DNA from: Planctomycetota bacterium
Lineage (GTDB): Bacteria; Planctomycetota; MHYJ01; WSZJ01
Assembly: GCA_038060895.1 (NCBI GenBank)
Contig: JBBTCT010000002.1
Coordinates: 32,001-96,000, forward strand
Length of the DNA: 64,000 nucleotides
Direction: 5' to 3'
Below, one piece after another: positions 56,372 through 64,000 of the stretch. The position numbers were made by a program, and so were the translations under genes. The first letter of the stretch is position 1, and each line of letters opens with the position of its first letter. The notes under the pieces are model-generated. The model saw only the letters and a list, made by a program, of their open reading frames with translations. It ran no database searches and was not told where the DNA came from.

Positions 56372-57294
56372 GTCACCTTCCCCTTCGTCAAAGACAGGAA
56401 GGCTTCTTCCAGGTCGGCAACCGCTTCCTTGAACATCGTCACCTTCAGCCCCGCTTTCACCAGCGCGTCGGGGACCAGCGAGATGTCCCGGTCGGGCCTG
56501 TCGAACTCCGCGCGCAAAAGTCCGTCCTCGTTCCAGACCCGCTTCACGCCCTCAATCACCCCCGCCGTGTCCAGCGCCTTTTGCGGATCGGCGGCGACCT
56601 TGAATTCGACGACGAGGCCGGAAGCGGCCATTTTCAGCGCGTCGGAGACGGGGCCCTTGTAGACGAGGCGGCCGGCCTCGATGACGGCGATGGACTGGCA
56701 GAGGTCGGACATCTCGCGGAGGATGTGGCTGGAGACGAGGATCGTCTTTTTCATCTTGCCGAGCTCGGAGATCAGGGCGCGGATCTCGATGCGGGCGCGC
56801 GGGTCGAGGCCGGAAGCGGGTTCGTCGAGGAGCAGGACCTCGGGGTTGTGGACGAGGACGCGCGCGAGGCCGAGGCGCTGCTGGTTGCCGCGCGACATCG
56901 TACGGATGAGGGCGTGCTTTTTCCCGGTGAGGTCGGTGAGCTGGAGAATTTCGTCCACGACCTTGTCGCGGCGGTCGCTCGCGATGCGGTACATCGCGGC
57001 GAAGAAGTGCAGGTACTCCTCGACGAGCATGTCTTCGTACACGCCGAACGTGTCGGGCATGTAGCCGAGCAACCGGCGGACTTCCATCCGGTCGTGCGAC
57101 ACCGAGTGGCCGCCGATCGTGGCGTCGCCCTGCGTGGGCTGCAGGAGAGTCGCGAGCATCCGGATCGTCGTCGTCTTCCCCGCGCCGTTGGGGCCGATGA
57201 ACCCGCAGATCTCGCCCCTTTCCACCGAGAAGTTCAGCCCGTCCACCGCCGTCAGCGCGCCGTAACGGCGTGTCAGTCCCTTGATCTCGATCAC
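56368..57294 (-). CDS. ABC transporter ATP-binding protein
   Basis: GPNGAGKTT, MSRGN, LLLDEPASGLDP and SSH motifs. Confidence 0.95.
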   Translation of the reverse strand: MIEIKGLTRRYGALTAVDGLNFSVERGEICGFIGPNGAGKTTTIRMLATLLQPTQGDATIGGHSVSHDRMEVRRLLGYMPDTFGVYEDMLVEEYLHFFAAMYRIASDRRDKVVDEILQLTDLTGKKHALIRTMSRGNQQRLGLARVLVHNPEVLLLDEPASGLDPRARIEIRALISELGKMKKTILVSSHILREMSDLCQSIAVIEAGRLVYKGPVSDALKMAASGLVVEFKVAADPQKALDTAGVIEGVKRVWNEDGLLRAEFDRPDRDISLVPDALVKAGLKVTMFKEAVADLEEAFLSLTKGKVT

Positions 57295-59147
57295 GGGGCC
57301 TTCTCCAGATGGAATCGCACGAGAAACAGGGCGCGGGCGGGCGGGTCCTCGCCGATGACGGGGGAAGCGGCGGGGCGGTCGATCCAGCCGGTCAGGATCG
57401 GGTGGTCTTCGGTTCCCTTGGCTCCGCGGACGATGCCGGCCACCGCGTTGTCCACATCAAGTCGGAACCAGTCCATCGCTGCGACCTCGAACCCCTGCGG
57501 GTCGAAGGACTGCTCCGGTCCTTTCTGCAGAGGCACGGTGACTCCCGGCGCGATGTCGCCGAGGTCGCGGGAGTTCGCACCGGCTTCGAGGCGGCAGTGG
57601 CGGAGGATGGCGGGCGCCTGGACGACGAGGCGTCCGCCTTCCGAGCGCACCGAGAAGGACCCCGCCGGCAGGTCCGACGTCGCGGCGATCGCGTACGGGT
57701 CCCAGCCGTGAACCGGCAGCCCGCGCGCCGTGGGGCGCGGGCCCCACGCCATTTCCGGAAGGGCCCCGAAAGGATCCTCCCCGCGCACCGCGCGCCGCTG
57801 CGGCGCGACGGCCGGCCAGAGCCGCGCTTCCGTCGAGCCCGTCGAGATTTCCTGGTCCCCGGACAGCGGCGCGACGACGAGGTAGATTGCGTTCTCCCGG
57901 ATCGCGTCCGGGAAGACGTCGATCGTCCCGACGGCGACGATGTGCGAGTCGCGCGCGCGCGTCCGCGCCGACATCCCCCACGCCGCGGCGCAGAACGCGA
58001 TGATCGCGAGCGGAAGCGTAACCCAGGTCCACGCTTGCCGGCGAAGCGCCTTCAGCACGAAGTAATCCACCGGCCCGATCACGATCAGGTACGCGACGAG
58101 CAGCGCGAAGAACCACCCGAGCGCCACCGTCTTGCCGGCCAGCGCGAGGTTCCCCGCGCGCTTGATGCGCTCCCCTTCGCTCCGGGCGAACTCATCCTGC
58201 GCCGCCCGTCCCGCACTCCGGGCCGCGCCGTACCAGCTGCGCCGCGCGACTTCGCCGCCCTCCGGCGGATCCGCGTCCGCAAACTCACTCGCGCGAAGCG
58301 GCAGCTGGATCTTCCAGAAACTCGCGAGGCCGCCCCAGTCGGCGACCGGGCGCATGAGCGGATCGAAGCCGAGGAAGAGGACCTGGCCCAGCCCTGCCCT
58401 GCCGGAGGCCCCGAAAGGCGCAGGGTCCGTACCCCGGAGTGGCGAGGCGTCCGCGACCGGGAAGGGCGCCGCGAGGGCTGCCGTCAGCCCGCCGATTTCC
58501 GCCAGCGACGTGACTTCCTTCGTCCCCGCAATCGTTACGGGAAGCACGCTCCCCAGCCGCGAGTCCCGCGCCTCCGCCGCCCCGATCCCCGCGCAGACCG
58601 CCAGCACCCCGCCGTCCAGCGTCCTCCGCCGGATCGCTTCCGCGGCGGCGGCCGTCAGCACGGTATTCGGGAAGCGGACGACGACGGCGTCGAACATCGC
58701 GTACGCGTCCGAAAATTCCGGCAGCTCGCCGTCGCTCGCCAGGATGTTCTTCCAGAGTTCGTGCTCCGGCAATCCGAGAGGCGCGTCGGCGATCACCAGG
58801 AACAGGCGCTCGCCGCCGGTCGTCGCCGTGAGGCGGATTTCCTCCTCGAACAGCTTCGTCGTGGCGCGCGCCACGAGGCACTTCATCCGGTACTTCGCCC
58901 GCACCGGCATCCAGAACCCGTGACGGCTCCCCGCGGGGACGACGACGTCGCGGACGGAAGCGGCGCCGTCGCCCTCGATGCGGATGTCGAAGTGCGCTTC
59001 GGCGTCAGGGTTGTTGATCTCGACGCGCACGGCGGTCCAGTAGCCTTCGCGGGCGATGCCGCCGAACGCGGGGCGGACGGTGACCGTGGTTTCCGCGGAG
59101 GCAACGGAAGCCGCCAGCGCAAACCCCACGATGAGGACCCGGCACAC
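57291..59147 (-). CDS. Exported or membrane-anchored protein with a GATase-like region and two internal TM helices; start uncertain
   Basis: Signal-like N-terminus; YLIVIGPVDYFVLK..WTWVTLP motif. Confidence 0.72.
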   Translation of the reverse strand: MCRVLIVGFALAASVASAETTVTVRPAFGGIAREGYWTAVRVEINNPDAEAHFDIRIEGDGAASVRDVVVPAGSRHGFWMPVRAKYRMKCLVARATTKLFEEEIRLTATTGGERLFLVIADAPLGLPEHELWKNILASDGELPEFSDAYAMFDAVVVRFPNTVLTAAAAEAIRRRTLDGGVLAVCAGIGAAEARDSRLGSVLPVTIAGTKEVTSLAEIGGLTAALAAPFPVADASPLRGTDPAPFGASGRAGLGQVLFLGFDPLMRPVADWGGLASFWKIQLPLRASEFADADPPEGGEVARRSWYGAARSAGRAAQDEFARSEGERIKRAGNLALAGKTVALGWFFALLVAYLIVIGPVDYFVLKALRRQAWTWVTLPLAIIAFCAAAWGMSARTRARDSHIVAVGTIDVFPDAIRENAIYLVVAPLSGDQEISTGSTEARLWPAVAPQRRAVRGEDPFGALPEMAWGPRPTARGLPVHGWDPYAIAATSDLPAGSFSVRSEGGRLVVQAPAILRHCRLEAGANSRDLGDIAPGVTVPLQKGPEQSFDPQGFEVAAMDWFRLDVDNAVAGIVRGAKGTEDHPILTGWIDRPAASPVIGEDPPARALFLVRFHLEKAP

Positions 59148-59167
59148 GAATCCGGAGACTTCCGAAA

Positions 59168-59306
59168 TCGCGAGACGAAGTCGCTCGAAGGCTCGGCCAG
59201 GCAGAGCCCCGCGACTCGCTTCATCACTTCGCCCATTCACCTCGGCCGAACGAAGCGAGTCGAGGGGCGTCGTCTGGCCGAGTCTTCGAGCGACATCGTC
59301 TCGCGA
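59168..59306. repeat. Imperfect inverted repeat, 55-nt arms (REP/MITE-like)
   Basis: 59168-59222 pairs with 59252-59306 with about 7 mismatches and a 29-nt loop. Confidence 0.88.
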
Positions 59307-59308
59307 GT

Positions 59309-61153
59309 TCAAGCGATTCTCCGATGGAAACAGGCCCATTCGACGATGAAGAGCCCGAGCGCCGCGAACGCGAGCCACGGCCAGAGGTCGCGGTTTTCGC
59401 GTCCCGCGTTGGGGGACGCCTGGACTTTCGACTTGCCCGCGCCGAGGGTGACGGGCGGTGTCAGGTTGGATTCCGTCTCGGACAGCAGATTCACGCCAAA
59501 ATCGCGCGCGCCGGCGGAGGATTCGAAGCGGCCGAGGCCGGCGTGGTCGCTCCCTGCCCACACAAAGTCTCCGGCCGCCGAGGCGGAGACCTGCGTTTTC
59601 ACCCCATCGGCGCCCGTGACGGTCGCTTCCGTGATTCCCGGCACGACAAAGCGCGCGGCCCGGCCGGCGATGACCTGCGGCGGCACTTCGGAAGCCCGCG
59701 CATCCGCGACGGCGCGAACAAGGTTGGAAAAGAAAATCGGGAACGAAGGCCGGAGCGGCCAGTCCGATTCACCGGCGCGAAACCCAATCGCGATTCGAAG
59801 CCGCCCGCGCTCGGTCGTCGAGACGATCATCGGCCCCGCGCTTCCCTGCACGAGGATCGTGCCTTCAGGGGGCGGCGTCAGCCGCGCGGCGCGGCCGACG
59901 TGGACGTCGGTGAAGCGGGCAAAGCGGAGCAGCGGGTGCGTCTCGTCCCAGGACAGGACGCGCAGCCGCTCCGTTTCCTCGCCCGGCACGATCCCCGCCA
60001 CGGGTTTGTCCGGCCGGAACCATACCGCATGGGCGTCCGGCGGCGCGTCGAGGGCCGGCCCTTCGCAGATCCACAGGTCCGGCCTCTCCGCCACGAACAC
60101 CACGCGCGGCCGCGTTTCAAGGAAGGCCCTGAGGAAGCGGTTCTCGCCGGCGAGCTGGATCGAGACCTGCCCGGGCGAAGGGAGCCGCGTCCACGCGCGG
60201 TCGTCGGCGGCGAGCGCGTCGGGTTCGTCGAGCGCGACTTCGCAGGCGGCCTCGCCGGGCAGCATCGCCGAGAAGCTTGCGCCGCCGGTTTCGCCGGGCT
60301 CGAGCTCGATCGAGCGCGCCGCGACGGCCTGTCCGTCGATCTTGAGCGACGCGTAGACTTTCTTCTTCGTCAGCGAGAAGTTCGAGACGCCCGCGAAAAC
60401 CGAGTAGGCGTAATGCGTCTTCCCGCCCTCCGTCTTCGACCGCACGCGCCCGTCCGGCTCCGCCACCGTCTCCGCCCGGAACGCCGTGATCCCAACGTTG
60501 TCCGCCGCTTCCCCCGTCTTCACCCACGTCAGCCCTTTTTCCAGCACCGGGTGCGACGGAATTTTCGCGCCCGCCCCGTCCGAGAGCAGGATCACCGCGG
60601 CCCCGTCGCGCTTCTCCACCGCGGCGGCCGCCAGGAGAAGCGCTTCGTCCATCGATGTCTCCGTGTCATGCACGATGAGCGAATCGAGCGTGCGTTCCAC
60701 GGCCGCGCGGTCCCGCGTCATGCCGCACGCGACGCGCGCGGTGTGCCCCGCTTCGACGACCATCGCCTCGTCGCTGTCGCCCATCGACGAGAGCACGCGT
60801 TCGGCTTCTTTCTTCGCGAGCGCGAGCCGCGTCGAAGAGCCTTCCTTCGCTCCCATCGACGCCGAAGTATCGACCACGAGCACCACGACGCGCCCCGGCG
60901 ACGACGTGCGCATGAGCGCCGGGCGGGCGAGGGCGAGGACGAGCAGCGCAAGGAGGAGCAGCTGCTGAAAGAGGAGGAGGTTCGCACGCAGGCGCTGGAA
61001 CGGCGCGTTCGCCTGCAGGTCGCGCACGGCCTTCGTCCAGAGGAGCGTCGAGCTGATCGTAACGTCCTTGCGGCGCAGCTTCAGGATGTAGAGCAGGATC
61101 AGCGGGATGGCCAGCGCGCCGAGCGCCAGAAAGGCGGGGGTGAGAAGGCTCAC
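59309..61153 (-). CDS. BatA N-terminal plus vWA domain protein
   Basis: IPLILLYILKLRR..SSTLLW, LALARP, VVDTSASM and LLSDG motifs; C-terminal TM (LFIVEW). Confidence 0.9.
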   Translation of the reverse strand: MSLLTPAFLALGALAIPLILLYILKLRRKDVTISSTLLWTKAVRDLQANAPFQRLRANLLLFQQLLLLALLVLALARPALMRTSSPGRVVVLVVDTSASMGAKEGSSTRLALAKKEAERVLSSMGDSDEAMVVEAGHTARVACGMTRDRAAVERTLDSLIVHDTETSMDEALLLAAAAVEKRDGAAVILLSDGAGAKIPSHPVLEKGLTWVKTGEAADNVGITAFRAETVAEPDGRVRSKTEGGKTHYAYSVFAGVSNFSLTKKKVYASLKIDGQAVAARSIELEPGETGGASFSAMLPGEAACEVALDEPDALAADDRAWTRLPSPGQVSIQLAGENRFLRAFLETRPRVVFVAERPDLWICEGPALDAPPDAHAVWFRPDKPVAGIVPGEETERLRVLSWDETHPLLRFARFTDVHVGRAARLTPPPEGTILVQGSAGPMIVSTTERGRLRIAIGFRAGESDWPLRPSFPIFFSNLVRAVADARASEVPPQVIAGRAARFVVPGITEATVTGADGVKTQVSASAAGDFVWAGSDHAGLGRFESSAGARDFGVNLLSETESNLTPPVTLGAGKSKVQASPNAGRENRDLWPWLAFAALGLFIVEWACFHRRIA

Positions 61154-61217
61154 AGTGGCTGTGATGATACTCCCGGGGGGCCCTTTCCCTCTCGACAGAA
61201 GGTCGTTCTGGCCGGGC

Positions 61218-61345
61218 CGTATCCGCGGCTGTTTCCGCGAAATCAGCCTTTATCCGCGTATTCCTTTGCCGTTCAAATGTCGTTCCATCAAACGCAACAG
61301 AATACGCGGATGAAAGCGAATGACGCGGAAACGGCCGCGGATACG
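61218..61345. repeat. Palindromic element with 46-nt arms built from CGCGGA units
   Basis: cgtatccgcggctgtttccgcg...atccgcgtattc / gaatacgcggat...cgcggaaacggccgcggatacg. Confidence 0.88.
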
Positions 61346-61350
61346 ACGCG

Positions 61351-62052
61351 CTACACCCGCACTGCCTCCGCCATCATCCTCTCCAGAAACCCCATCAGCG
61401 GCGCCGGGTCCGCCAGGCTTTGCAGCGCCAGGTCCGGACCGCACGCCCGCAACTCTTCCATCCGGTGACCCCCCGTCGCCACTGCCACCGCCTTCGCCCC
61501 ATGCGCCCGCGCACAAGCCACGTCGCGCGTCGTGTCGCCGATGACGATCGTGCGATGCGGATGGAACTCGCGGCCCCGCTCGCGAAAGCGCCGAAGCGCG
61601 TGCGGCAGGAGCTTGTTGCGGTCCTCGTCGTCGCTGCCGTACGCGCCGGTCGCGAAGTAGTGCCAGATCCCGGCCGCCCGGAGCTTCGTCTCGGCGCCGT
61701 GGTCGAAGTTTCCCGTGAGCAGGCCCGAGCCGATGTCGTCGCGTTTGGAGAGGACGTCGAGAAGGGCGGGCAGCCCGGGTTTGAGAGTGATCTTCGAAGT
61801 GGCGAGCCGTCCCGGAAGTGCCTTCCTGTACTCCCGGTCGAACTTCTCCATCGCCGTCGGAAACGCTTCCGAGATCCGATGCCGTTCGTATCCCTGTCGA
61901 AAGATCCACGGGTCCGTGCACCCGGACATCGCGACGTCTTCAAAGGCGTCCGGGATTCCGAAGCACGCCTGGAAGGCATCGTTCATCGCCTTCGTTCCGG
62001 CGCCTTGTGACGACATCAGCGTTCCGTCGATGTCCCAGAGGATGCAAAGCAT
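61351..62052 (-). CDS. HAD superfamily hydrolase
   Basis: WDIDGTL, LLTGN and IGDTTRD motifs. Confidence 0.92.
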   Translation of the reverse strand: MLCILWDIDGTLMSSQGAGTKAMNDAFQACFGIPDAFEDVAMSGCTDPWIFRQGYERHRISEAFPTAMEKFDREYRKALPGRLATSKITLKPGLPALLDVLSKRDDIGSGLLTGNFDHGAETKLRAAGIWHYFATGAYGSDDEDRNKLLPHALRRFRERGREFHPHRTIVIGDTTRDVACARAHGAKAVAVATGGHRMEELRACGPDLALQSLADPAPLMGFLERMMAEAVRV

Positions 62053-62083
62053 GGGAGGGGTCCGAAGTGGAGGATGCGGCGAT

Positions 62084-62715
62084 GGGGTCGAAGGTCTAAG
62101 GTCGAAAGTCGAAGGTCGAAAGACCATGTTAGGGAGGGGTGGTCGGCGTCACAAGTCGCTCTCTGAAAAACATTGGGAGTATATTGACTTGTAAACATCA
62201 AAAGCGATATTAGATATACATCCTATACGAGGAGGGCGCGATGCAGAACTTCAGGAATCTTGTTGTCTGGCAGCGGGCGCATGAGCTTGTTCTCGAGGTC
62301 TACAGAAGCTCCGCGCGTTTCCCGACGGAGGAACGGTTCGGAGTGACGTCGCAGCTTCGAAGAGCATCCGTTTCTGTGCCGGCGAACATTGCCGAAGGCG
62401 CCAGGCGGCGATCTGGAAAGGACTACGCGCACTTCCTCAACATCGCCCAGGCATCCTTGGCGGAGGTTGAGTACCTGCTCCTCCTGTCGCGGGATCTGGG
62501 GTATCTCCAAGTCCCCACGCATCAGGAACTGGAGGCCCGGATGCGACCTGTCGCAGGCATGCTGGAGGCCCTTAGGCGTCGTGTAGAAGCCTCGCGAACG
62601 GACCATCTGGGCCGCGTCTCAGTATTCATCCTGGCCGGCCTAAGCTTGGCCGCGTCAGCCGCCCTACTCTTCACCGTCTGAAGCCCTAAACCTTCGACCT
62701 TAGACCTTCGACCCC
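62084..62715. mobile_element. Candidate four-helix-bundle cassette bounded by 23-bp inverted heptamer repeats
   Basis: 62084-62106 ggggtcgaaggtctaaggtcgaa is the exact reverse complement of 62693-62715. The cassette has its own AT-rich promoter region and is antisense to the flanking genes. Mobility is inferred. Confidence 0.5.
62241..62681 (+). CDS. Four helix bundle protein (23S rRNA IVS protein family) with hydrophobic C-terminal tail
   Basis: FRNLVVWQRA, FPTEERFGVTSQLRRASVSVPANIAEG and FLNIAQASLAE motifs; GAGGAGG RBS. Confidence 0.95.
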   Translation: MQNFRNLVVWQRAHELVLEVYRSSARFPTEERFGVTSQLRRASVSVPANIAEGARRRSGKDYAHFLNIAQASLAEVEYLLLLSRDLGYLQVPTHQELEARMRPVAGMLEALRRRVEASRTDHLGRVSVFILAGLSLAASAALLFTV

Positions 62716-62744
62716 GCCACCCACACCGCACTCCAACCGCCCCC

Positions 62745-64000
62745 CTACCGCTTCACGTACATCCCACCGCTTTCATCGGCGAGCCGCTGCATCAGCTTTT
62801 CGTCATGGTCTCCGATGCCGACGCAGTGGACCCGGATCTTGCGGACCGTGTTCCACACCTTGACCTTGTCCGCGATGACCGTCGGGTCGACCGATTTGCC
62901 GATCGTGGGCTTTCCGTCGGTCATGAACAAAATCGTGTCCACGCTCACCTTGTAGTTCTCGTCGACCTGCATCTTGGCGCCGCCGGCGAGCTCGAAGGCT
63001 TTTTCGAGGGCGTCGTAGATGTTCGTGGCTTCCTGCGGTTCGAGCTTCTCTGCAAACTGCTGCGCCTGGACCTTCGTCGGCTTGGTCGCTACGAGCATCT
63101 TCGCTGGGGAGTAGACCTTCACGTCTGAAGAGAACGTGATGATGTTGAAACGCGCGTCCTCAGGCAGCCCGCCGATCGCTTTCGAGAGTTCCCAACGGGC
63201 GATGTCGATCTTTCGCTTTCCCTTGGGCCCCTGGCCCGCCGGCGCGCCGCTGTCAGCGTTGGGCACGTACTTGGCCGGCTCCGCCATGCTGCCGGAGACG
63301 TCCACGACGAAGACGAGGTTCTTGGATTTCGTGCGGATGCCGTAGAACTCGACGGTCGTGCCGCCCGGTGCCGGATCGGCGGGAGGATTCGGCGCCGGGT
63401 CCGGCGGCTTCGGCGGGTCGGGCGGCTTGAGACCGCCGCCGCCGACATCTTTGCCATCGTCCTTGCCGCCGGCGTCCTTGCCTCCGTCCTTGGGATCTTC
63501 CTTCTTCGGCTCTTCCTTCTTGACCAGCTCGCCGCTTTCCCACTTCTCCTTGTTGATCTGCCACCAGCCCTTCCAGCCCAGCGCGTCCGCGTTGAACGTG
63601 AGCCCCGTCAGCTCCTTGAGCGCCTTGTCCAGGTCCTCCAGCAGCCGGCCGCTCTCCACTTCCATCCGCGCGATCAGCGGCCCGACCGTTTCGCGCAACT
63701 GCAGCACGCCCAGCGCCTCGCAAGCCGAAACGCGAACCTGCCAGCGCTCGTCTTCCAGCGCCTTCAGGATCAGGTCCTTGTGCTCCTTCGCGCCCCGCCG
63801 GCCCAACGCTTCGATCGCCGCGCCCCGCACCCGGCCGTCCTTCTCCGTCGCGACGGCCACGACCGCGGGCGTCACAAGCGCGTTGTCCGCCGGCGCATAC
63901 CCCAGCGCCCCCGCGACCGCCATCCGCGCACGCCAGTTCTTGTCCTTCAGGCCCTCTTCAACCAGCCACTTCACGGCATCCGCATCCCGCGTCTTCGTCA
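62745..64000 (-). CDS. HEAT-repeat plus vWA domain protein (5' end outside the window)
   Basis: HEAT units, Pro/Lys-rich linker, VVDVSGSM MIDAS and FMTDG motifs; the frame is open to the edge. Confidence 0.88.
   Translation of the reverse strand, partial: TKTRDADAVKWLVEEGLKDKNWRARMAVAGALGYAPADNALVTPAVVAVATEKDGRVRGAAIEALGRRGAKEHKDLILKALEDERWQVRVSACEALGVLQLRETVGPLIARMEVESGRLLEDLDKALKELTGLTFNADALGWKGWWQINKEKWESGELVKKEEPKKEDPKDGGKDAGGKDDGKDVGGGGLKPPDPPKPPDPAPNPPADPAPGGTTVEFYGIRTKSKNLVFVVDVSGSMAEPAKYVPNADSGAPAGQGPKGKRKIDIARWELSKAIGGLPEDARFNIITFSSDVKVYSPAKMLVATKPTKVQAQQFAEKLEPQEATNIYDALEKAFELAGGAKMQVDENYKVSVDTILFMTDGKPTIGKSVDPTVIADKVKVWNTVRKIRVHCVGIGDHDEKLMQRLADESGGMYVKR

Overview
This is a high-GC bacterial window, probably from a Planctomycetota-like genome (inferred from the HEAT/vWA/BatA proteins, kinase-FGE fusion and STAND-derived TPR gene). 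It holds about 55 CDS, one tRNA-Gln(CTG), and no rRNA, CRISPR array, integrase, transposase or reverse transcriptase. Main results: (1) Three genes are split by an in-frame TGA followed by a SECIS-like hairpin, so they are likely selenoproteins that the ORF track fragments. They are SelD (CAG-U), a thioredoxin-TPR protein (UPAC), and a secreted ~407-aa protein (CT-U-NNG) that resembles eukaryotic selenoprotein N. (2) A four-helix-bundle (23S-IVS/Avd-like) gene with an unusual hydrophobic tail sits antisense inside a minus-strand gene run. It is bounded by a perfect 23-bp inverted repeat built from 7-nt units, and gene-less 6/7-mer arrays occur in several other spacers. (3) Several long intergenic hairpins of unrelated sequence (27-55 bp arms) occur, one overlapping the tRNA 3' end. 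(4) Other notable parts are a phosphate module with a Pho-box-like array, a TetR gene bracketed by twin operators, a chimeric TPR/P-type ATPase remnant, and a vWA/BatA cluster with four paralogous ABC permeases. All family calls come from motif recognition, not database searches.
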